Source of the DNA: a virus
Lineage: Duplodnaviria > Heunggongvirae > Uroviricota > Caudoviricetes
Reading direction: 5' to 3' (one strand)
DNA length: 12,890 nt
IMG/VR virus record: IMGVR_UViG_2703718777_000025
Coordinates: 1-12,890 of that record
The notes below the pieces were generated by a model that saw only the letters and a list, made by a program, of their open reading frames with translations, was not told where the DNA came from and did not search any database. The position numbers and the translations under genes are program-made. This document shows positions 7,752 to 12,890 of this stretch, one piece after another. How positions within the stretch are numbered: the stretch's first letter is position 1; each line of letters opens with the position of its first letter.

Positions 7752-7780
7752 ATATTAGTGACGCGTATATTTTAAGTCAA
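7752..7780 (-). promoter_or_regulatory. Near-consensus sigma-70 promoter reading leftward (candidate pL analogue)
   Basis: On the minus strand TTGACT (plus coordinates 7780-7775), 17-nt spacer, TAATAT (7757-7752). It sits just past the racR terminator and points toward the 116-aa ORF and the kilR-recET block. Confidence 0.5.
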
Positions 7781-7876
7781 CAGCAAGGCGTATTATATTT
7801 TTGATTTTGTAACTATGTAAATGTTTTTTCAAGGGAAAAATATTAGTTATACAGCTGATTTGCAGAAGTTATGGCA

Positions 7877-7910
7877 CAAAAAAAACCGACTAAGACGTCG
7901 GTTTTTTTTT
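7877..7910. terminator. Bidirectional rho-independent terminator downstream of racR
   Basis: A8 run, stem CCGAC/GTCGG, T9 run (AAAAAAAACCGACTAAGACGTCGGTTTTTTTTT), 27 nt past the racR stop. Confidence 0.75.
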
Positions 7911-7936
7911 GTTGTGGGTGGGGTAGTGAGCGGTGG

Positions 7937-8398
7937 CTACTGGTTACGTTTCTTTAGTGCCAGCATGTTCTCGAAGGCTTCCTCGTAGAGCTTGTTTAGT
8001 CCACGTAGCTGGTTAAGGAGTTTGGCTTTTTCTGACGCAGGTAGAATCTCGAAGAGGTTAAGTAACTCTGCCTGTTCTTCATTGACCAGCCTCCATCCTT
8101 TGCCTGAAAAGCTATCATCATAAGTATCTGATGATCTTACATAATTCATTAAGTCTTTAAGGTCTTCTCGAATGTCCTCTGGTTTTACCTTTAACAGAGC
8201 CGCAAATTTTAGCGCAGCGTCGGTATTTACCGGTATCTTGCCGTTCAGATACTGGCTAACGGTGCCTTGAGATTCGAATCCCAACAACTCAGCCGCCAAC
8301 TCTTGAGTCAGCTTCAGCTCTTTTTTTCTTGCATTCCATGCGGCTTTTAAATTCTTGCTCGCTTCTGGAGTTGCAATCACTTCGCGTGTTTTTTTCAT
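7937..8398 (-). CDS. racR: Prophage repressor, XRE/CI-type helix-turn-helix, RacR-like
   Basis: 153 aa with helix-turn-helix LTQELAAELLGFESQGTVSQYLNG. Divergent from the cro-like gene. No S24 peptidase-like C-terminal domain. ATG 8396-8398 has no Shine-Dalgarno and a -10-like TAAACT 6 nt upstream, suggesting a leaderless mRNA. Confidence 0.8.
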   Translation of the reverse strand: MKKTREVIATPEASKNLKAAWNARKKELKLTQELAAELLGFESQGTVSQYLNGKIPVNTDAALKFAALLKVKPEDIREDLKDLMNYVRSSDTYDDSFSGKGWRLVNEEQAELLNLFEILPASEKAKLLNQLRGLNKLYEEAFENMLALKKRNQ

Positions 8399-8404
8399 AC
8401 ATAG

Positions 8405-8475
8405 AGTTTATTTGTTTTACCAATATTATCAAAGATAGTCTGACTATTGATCTTTAAAATTAGTAGGGCTAATAT
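8405..8475. promoter_or_regulatory. Divergent promoter and operator region between racR and ydaS
   Basis: Plus-strand promoter TTGATC(8447-8452), 17 nt, TAATAT(8470-8475). Minus-strand promoter TTGATA (plus 8433-8428), 17 nt, TAAACT (plus 8410-8405). A 13-bp palindrome ATAGTCtGACTAT (8435-8447) lies between the two -35 boxes; a second inverted repeat ATTAG-N5-CTAAT is at 8458-8472. Confidence 0.5.
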
Positions 8476-8505
8476 TTGCTCGAGGCATAACGTAGAAGGT
8501 TGGCT

Positions 8506-8781
8506 ATGAACTTAAGAGACTATTTAAAAGAGAAACATATCACCCAGCTACAGTTTGGGAAGCTAACGGGTTTATCTCAGGTGCATGTAAGTCGAGTGCT
8601 GGGGGGCTATGAAAGATTCAGCCCTGAAAAAGCATTACGTGTTGCTGAAGTAACGAATTTCGAGGTTACACCTCATGAACTCCGGCCTGATATCTACCCG
8701 AATCCAACCGACGGTTTACCTGTTGGATGTAAGGCTAACACACAAAATACACAGGAGTTGATTCATGAAAATCAGGCATGA
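8506..8781 (+). CDS. ydaS: Cro-like helix-turn-helix protein, YdaS family
   Basis: Helix-turn-helix LTGLSQVHVSRVLGG. In the cro position and overlapping the start of ydaT. The track ORF begins at a TTG (8500); the first ATG is 8506 with GAAGG 6 nt upstream. Confidence 0.8.
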   Translation: MNLRDYLKEKHITQLQFGKLTGLSQVHVSRVLGGYERFSPEKALRVAEVTNFEVTPHELRPDIYPNPTDGLPVGCKANTQNTQELIHENQA

Positions 8782-9187
8782 GCACATCGAATCAGTGCTG
8801 TTAGCCCTGGCAGCTGAAAAAGGGCAGGCATGGGTAGCCAGTGCAATTACTGAAGAATATCTGCGCCAGGGAGGCGGCGAATTGCCCCTGGTACCAGGCA
8901 AGGACTGGAATAATCAGCAGAACATCTATCACCGTTGGTTAAAAGGTGAAACGAAAGCGCAAAGGGAAAAAATTCAGAAACTGATCCCTGCGGTTCTGGC
9001 AATTCTTCCGCGCGAGCTGCGTCACCGACTCTGCATCTTCGATACCCTGGAACGCCGTGCATTACTGGCGGCGCAGGAAGCGTTGAGTACGGCAATTGAT
9101 GCGCATGATGATGCAGTCCAGGCCGTTTACCGGAAAGCACATTTCAGCGGTGGTGGGTCGCCCGGCGATTCTGTCGTAGTGCATTGA
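8765..9187 (+). CDS. ydaT: YdaT (CII-like regulator of Rac-type prophages)
   Basis: 140 aa from MKIRHEHIESVLLALAAEKGQAWVASAITEEYLRQGGGELPLVPGKDWNNQQNIYHRWLKGE, near-identical to my recollection of Rac YdaT. AGGAG ribosome binding site upstream. Confidence 0.9.
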   Translation: MKIRHEHIESVLLALAAEKGQAWVASAITEEYLRQGGGELPLVPGKDWNNQQNIYHRWLKGETKAQREKIQKLIPAVLAILPRELRHRLCIFDTLERRALLAAQEALSTAIDAHDDAVQAVYRKAHFSGGGSPGDSVVVH

Positions 9188-9232
9188 TTGAAATTAATCG
9201 TGCCGGATTGTTTTGTTCGGTATCAGTTAAAT

Positions 9233-9251
9233 GTAACGCTGCGAGCGTTAC
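9233..9251. repeat. Palindrome GTAACGC-N5-GCGTTAC, copy 1, overlapping the ydaU ribosome binding site region
   Basis: GTAACGCTGCGAGCGTTAC, perfect 7-bp arms, 14 nt upstream of the ydaU ATG. Confidence 0.6.
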
Positions 9252-9264
9252 AAGGTGAAAACAA

Positions 9265-10053
9265 ATGGCTTCAAACTGGATAAAGCTCGAGGTTATTACG
9301 CCGGATAAGCCGGAAATATTCAGGCTTGCTGAGATTCTGAATATTGATCCAGATGCCGCATTAGGGAAGGTTATTCGCTTCTGGGCATGGGCGGATCAAC
9401 AAATGATAGACGGTAATGCAGATTGTAACGCTCGCGGCGTTACAAAAAGTGCAATAGATCGCATCACTTTTATGGCTGGTTTTGCTGATGCGTTAATTCA
9501 GGTTGGATGGCTGGTCGAAAATGACGGTGGGCTTTCTCTACCTAACTTTGAACGTCATAACGGGAAAAGCTCTAAAAAACGGGCGGTTACAAACGAGCGA
9601 GTTACAAAAATACGCGAACTGAAACGAAAAGGTAACGCTGGCAGCGTTACACAAACGGATCAAAAAGCGTTACCAGAGGAAGAGGAAGAGGAAGATATAA
9701 ATACTGATCTCCCCCTAAATCCCCCTCGCCAAAAACGAGCGTCTAAAAAATTCGAGCCGGAGGCTATCGAGCTGCCTGACTGGTTGCCGGAAACACTCTG
9801 GCATGAGTGGGTTCAGTTCAGGCAGGCATTGCGAAAACCGATTCGAACGGAGCAGGGCGCTAACGGGGCGATACGGGAACTGGAAAAATTCCGTCAGCAG
9901 GGTTTTACACCTGAGCAGGTGATTCGACACAGCATCGCCAATGAATACCAGGGCTTGTTCGTACCGAAAGGTGTTCGGCCTGAGACGTTGCTCCGACAGG
10001 TTAACACCGTCTCGTTGCCGGACAGTGCGATCCCGCCAGGCTTCAGGGGGTAA
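9265..10053 (+). CDS. ydaU: YdaU-like replication protein (O-like; DUF1376-type N-terminus recalled)
   Basis: 262 aa in the position of lambda O, directly upstream of a DnaC-like gene. Has an acidic linker PEEEEEEDIN. AAGGTGA ribosome binding site upstream. Confidence 0.8.
   Translation: MASNWIKLEVITPDKPEIFRLAEILNIDPDAALGKVIRFWAWADQQMIDGNADCNARGVTKSAIDRITFMAGFADALIQVGWLVENDGGLSLPNFERHNGKSSKKRAVTNERVTKIRELKRKGNAGSVTQTDQKALPEEEEEEDINTDLPLNPPRQKRASKKFEPEAIELPDWLPETLWHEWVQFRQALRKPIRTEQGANGAIRELEKFRQQGFTPEQVIRHSIANEYQGLFVPKGVRPETLLRQVNTVSLPDSAIPPGFRG
9425..9443. repeat. Palindrome GTAACGC-N5-GCGTTAC, copy 2, inside ydaU
   Basis: GTAACGCTCGCGGCGTTAC, perfect 7-bp arms; encodes CNARGVT. Confidence 0.6.
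9632..9650. repeat. Palindrome GTAACGC-N5-GCGTTAC, copy 3, inside ydaU
   Basis: GTAACGCTGGCAGCGTTAC, perfect 7-bp arms; encodes GNAGSVT. Related half-sites: GTTACAAA x2 at 9586-9608 and GCGTTAC at 9666-9672. Confidence 0.6.
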
Positions 10054-10059
10054 CAGACC

Positions 10060-10800
10060 ATGAAAAATATTGCGACAGGCGGCGTTCTGGAGCGTATCCG
10101 CAGACTGACCCCACCACATGTAACCGCCCCATTCAGAACGGTTGCGGAGTGGCGTGAGTGGCAACTTACTGAAGGCCAGAAACGTTGCGAGGAGATCAAC
10201 CGTCTGAATCGTCAGTTGCGGGTGGAAAAAATTCTGAATCGCTCTGGCATCCAGCCGTTGCACCGTAAATGCTCGTTTGCGAATTACCAGGTGCAGAACG
10301 ACGGCCAGCGATACGCGTTAAGCCAGGCGAAATCCATCGCTGATGAACTGATGACCGGGTATACAAATTTTGCGTTCAGCGGAAAACCTGGTACCGGGAA
10401 GAATCACTTAGCGGCAGCTATCGGGAATCGCCTGCTGAAAGACGGTCAGACAGTGATTGTGGTTACCGTGGCTGATGTTATGAGCGCCCTGCACGCCAGC
10501 TATGACGACGGGCAGTCAGGCGAAAAATTTTTGCGTGAACTGTGCGAAGTGGACCTCCTGGTTCTTGACGAAATTGGCATCCAGCGTGAGACGAAAAACG
10601 AGCAGGTGGTACTGCACCAGATTGTTGACCGCCGGACGGCATCACTGCGCAGTGTCGGGATGCTGACAAACCTGAATCATGCCGCAATGAGCACGCTTCT
10701 TGGTGAGAGGATTATGGACCGGATGACCATGAACGGTGGTCGTTGGGTGAATTTTAACTGGGAGAGCTGGCGGTCAAACGTTGGACGTCAGGGTATGTGA
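10060..10800 (+). CDS. ydaV: DnaC/IstB-like AAA+ helicase loader
   Basis: 246 aa with Walker A FSGKPGTGKNHLAAAIG and Walker B DLLVLDEIG. Confidence 0.9.
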   Translation: MKNIATGGVLERIRRLTPPHVTAPFRTVAEWREWQLTEGQKRCEEINRLNRQLRVEKILNRSGIQPLHRKCSFANYQVQNDGQRYALSQAKSIADELMTGYTNFAFSGKPGTGKNHLAAAIGNRLLKDGQTVIVVTVADVMSALHASYDDGQSGEKFLRELCEVDLLVLDEIGIQRETKNEQVVLHQIVDRRTASLRSVGMLTNLNHAAMSTLLGERIMDRMTMNGGRWVNFNWESWRSNVGRQGM

Positions 10801-10825
10801 GAATTTTTAACGAGGTGAATTTTCG

Positions 10826-11596
10826 ATGGAAACCGTATTACATGCACTGAAAGCGATGGGAAAAGCCAATTCTGTTGAACTGGCGGCACGAATTGATATC
10901 AGCCGTGAAGAAGTTCTCAACGAACTGTGGGAGCTCAAAAAAAATGGCGTTGTTGATAAAACGGGTCACACCTGGTTTCTGGCTGTCGAAGGTGAATCCC
11001 GGGTAACCGAAGAGCGGCCAGTAAAATCTGAAACACAGGATATGCTGACCGAAGAGGTCGCTCCAAAAGTTAGCGCTAACATGATGATTGAGTTTATCGC
11101 TCAGGAGGGGGCTAAAACCTGTGAAGAAATAGCGGGTAAGTTCGGTGTCAGTACTCGCAAGGTTGCTTCCACGCTGGCGGTGGTAACCGCAACGGGGCGG
11201 CTGGCACGCGTTAATCAGAACGGTGGATTTCGTTACTGCATGCCGGGCGATAATTTACCAGCAGAGCCGAAAGCCGCGCTGGTAACGGAAAGTGATGGTA
11301 AGGCCTTTCCTCAGCCAGCAGGTGCTGCGTTACCAGTCCGGGAAGCCGCAACACAGGAAGAAATTAAAACAGAAACTGTGGCGGACATTGTGCAGCCGTT
11401 GCCATCGTTTACCGAAACGCAAGCAGATGAGCTGATTTTTCCGTCCCTTCGCAGGGCAAACCTGGCGCTGCGCAGGGCGAAAAGTGATGTTCAGAAGTGG
11501 GAGCGAGTCTGCGCCGCGCTGCGGGAGCTGAACAAGCACCGGGATATTGTTCGGCAGATTGTCGATTCATCCGGTCGTATTGTGTCGGAAAAGTGA
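10826..11596 (+). CDS. Hypothetical prophage protein with two winged-helix-like segments (possibly YdaW/DUF1627-like)
   Basis: 256 aa, GAGGTGA ribosome binding site. Two segments of similar pattern (SVELAARIDISREEVLNELWELKKNGVV and CEEIAGKFGVSTRKVASTLAVVTATGRLARV). Family assignment from memory is uncertain. Confidence 0.75.
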   Translation: METVLHALKAMGKANSVELAARIDISREEVLNELWELKKNGVVDKTGHTWFLAVEGESRVTEERPVKSETQDMLTEEVAPKVSANMMIEFIAQEGAKTCEEIAGKFGVSTRKVASTLAVVTATGRLARVNQNGGFRYCMPGDNLPAEPKAALVTESDGKAFPQPAGAALPVREAATQEEIKTETVADIVQPLPSFTETQADELIFPSLRRANLALRRAKSDVQKWERVCAALRELNKHRDIVRQIVDSSGRIVSEK

Positions 11597-11611
11597 TTGC
11601 CGGAGGCGCTT

Positions 11612-12004
11612 ATGGCAAAAGTATTTACACCAGAAGAGCGGGAAGAAGTGAAGGCGCGCATTGTGGAATTCGTGCGCCTGAGCGGACGAGAAACTTTTCG
11701 ACAACTGGCAGATAAAACGGGTGTCAGTAAGACCGCTATTCGTCGTTTATCTGGTGCGCTTGCGGCCAGTGGTGATGTCTGGCTCTCTGGTTGCGGGGTA
11801 TTTCTATCAGAGCAGGCGTATCGCGTATGGCGTAAGACACCGGAGAAGGCTGCTGACCCGACACTGATTCGAAAGTTACCTGACGGAGAAATACGTCGTT
11901 ACAACAGACGGCAGAACATAATTTGTCGTGAGTGCCGCCAGAGCGAAGTTATGCAGCGTGTGCTGGCGTTCTATCGGGGTAATTTTCAGGAGGTGATGGA
12001 GTGA
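11612..12004 (+). CDS. Hypothetical protein with helix-turn-helix-like segment
   Basis: 130 aa from ATG 11612 (GGAGG 5 nt upstream); the track ORF starts at an upstream TTG. Helix-turn-helix-like FRQLADKTGVSKTAIRRL; C-terminal CRECRQ. Confidence 0.7.
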   Translation: MAKVFTPEEREEVKARIVEFVRLSGRETFRQLADKTGVSKTAIRRLSGALAASGDVWLSGCGVFLSEQAYRVWRKTPEKAADPTLIRKLPDGEIRRYNRRQNIICRECRQSEVMQRVLAFYRGNFQEVME

Positions 12005-12300
12005 GGGTGAGGGTTTATATCGCCGGTCCGATGACCGGGTATAAAAATTTCAACCGTGAGGCGTTCCACAAGGCGGAAGAGGAACTGAAACGGGAAGGGC
12101 ATACAGTCTTAAACCCGGCAGTACTTCCGGACGGGCTGACACAGCCGCACTACATGGATATTTGCATGTCAATGATACGCTGCGTGGATGCGATTTACAT
12201 GCTGAAAGGCTGGCAGCGGTCGGCAGGCGCTAAGGCAGAACTGGCACTGGCGGAGAAGCTGGGGCATACAGTTATTTTCCAGGAGGCAAACAGTGAGTAA
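12001..12300 (+). CDS. DUF4406-like protein (nucleoside 2-deoxyribosyltransferase-like fold)
   Basis: N-terminal VYIAGPMTG motif and DAIYMLKGWQRSAGAKAE segment characteristic of this family. GTG start at 12001 or 12007, overlapping the previous stop (ATGGAGTGAGGGTG). Confidence 0.7.
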   Translation: MRVRVYIAGPMTGYKNFNREAFHKAEEELKREGHTVLNPAVLPDGLTQPHYMDICMSMIRCVDAIYMLKGWQRSAGAKAELALAEKLGHTVIFQEANSE

Positions 12301-12757
12301 CCAATGGCGACCAGATATTTGCCCAATAACCGGACGTGCATTTTTCATGTGGATTGAGCATCCGAAATTGGGAAATGTACCGACGTATGGTGGCCCATTA
12401 GACAGTTACACCATTCCAACAAAGGACAGCGATGGTGAGTTTTCGTGTGAGCGTTACGATCATGATTTCGGTGGCTGGGTAGAAAGCGAATGTCTAGGGT
12501 TATATCTGATTGATGATGAAGAACAATGCAGAGTCTACGAACTCGAGGAGCGCGTTAAAGAGCTGGAAGCGCGGGAAGTTCATTTACCGACTCGCTACGG
12601 CCTTCGATATGGACATCCGATAAATGCTGATGAGCGCCACGTCATGATACCTAAAGAAAATGGCTGCTGGATTTATCTGGCTGATTTAGAGCACGTACTA
12701 CGTGTTGCTGGTATTCGCATCAAAGGAGAGGAGCATGGAAATCAAACCAGAAGATGA
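12293..12757 (+). CDS. Hypothetical prophage protein
   Basis: 154 aa, GTG start with AGGAGG 6 nt upstream, overlapping the previous stop. No family recognised. Confidence 0.65.
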   Translation: MSNQWRPDICPITGRAFFMWIEHPKLGNVPTYGGPLDSYTIPTKDSDGEFSCERYDHDFGGWVESECLGLYLIDDEEQCRVYELEERVKELEAREVHLPTRYGLRYGHPINADERHVMIPKENGCWIYLADLEHVLRVAGIRIKGEEHGNQTRR

Positions 12758-12890
12758 GTTAAGTAATATTGTTTTATTTCCGGTAAAAGAGGATGACCCA
12801 CGTAATCAGGTTAATTTTCTTTATGAGCCATCGGAAAGACCATATTGTCATCACGCCTCTGTCCGGGTTGACGAAAAAGAGCGTCAGGTC
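12735..12890 (+). CDS. Hypothetical protein, 5' partial (runs off window end)
   Basis: ATG 12735 with AAAGGAGAGGAG upstream. Open for 52 codons to the window edge (MEIKPEDELSNIVLFPVKEDDPRNQ...). Overlaps the end of the preceding gene. Confidence 0.5.
   Translation, partial: MEIKPEDELSNIVLFPVKEDDPRNQVNFLYEPSERPYCHHASVRVDEKERQV

Larger units (their letters stand above)
604..12890. mobile_element. Rac-like lambdoid prophage, left arm from attL side through replication genes (continues past window end)
   Basis: Contiguous lambda-like order int-xis-lar-recT-recE-racC-ydaE-kilR, repressor/cro-like divergent pair, then O-like and DnaC-like genes. int 3' end faces the chromosomal sRNA gene as in lambda attL-int. 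Confidence 0.85.

Noticed and set aside
7545-7775. Plus-strand 76-aa ORF overlapping the leftward promoter and leader
   Set aside because: No ribosome binding site, runs through the promoter elements, low-complexity product.
8716-10687. Minus-strand track ORFs antisense to ydaT, ydaU and ydaV (8716-8901, 8847-9140, 9715-10263, 9894-10199, 10478-10687)
   Set aside because: All antisense to well-supported, tightly packed plus-strand genes; Arg/Pro/Ser-rich products typical of GC-rich antisense frames.
11330-11715. ORFs 11330-11539 (minus) and 11497-11715 (plus)
   Set aside because: Overlap the 256-aa and 130-aa genes out of frame with no ribosome binding sites.

Overview
This window is the left end of a Rac-like lambdoid prophage inserted directly downstream of the chromosomal small-RNA gene sdsR (ryeB), which follows a yebY-like gene. 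From about 604 onward the gene order is lambda-like and the genes are tightly packed: int, xis, ydaC-like, lar/ralR, recT, recE, racC, ydaE, kilR (all on the minus strand), then an accessory gap, a racR-like repressor divergent from ydaS-ydaT, and the replication genes ydaU (O-like) and ydaV (DnaC-like), followed by small nin-region-like genes running off the window. The part I cannot explain, and the best candidate for something undescribed, is 6936-7936 between kilR and racR. There is no sieB-like ORF there. Instead there is about 390 bp of structured non-coding DNA and two fully overlapping antisense ORFs, each with its own Shine-Dalgarno sequence, one of them served by a near-consensus promoter. 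Other points worth a second look are three 19-bp palindromes in and just upstream of ydaU, back-to-back promoters sharing one palindrome between racR and ydaS, and a 21-bp tandem repeat inside recE. All identifications rest on reading the sequence and the supplied ORF track and on recalled protein families; no database search was run, so gene names are hypotheses to confirm.
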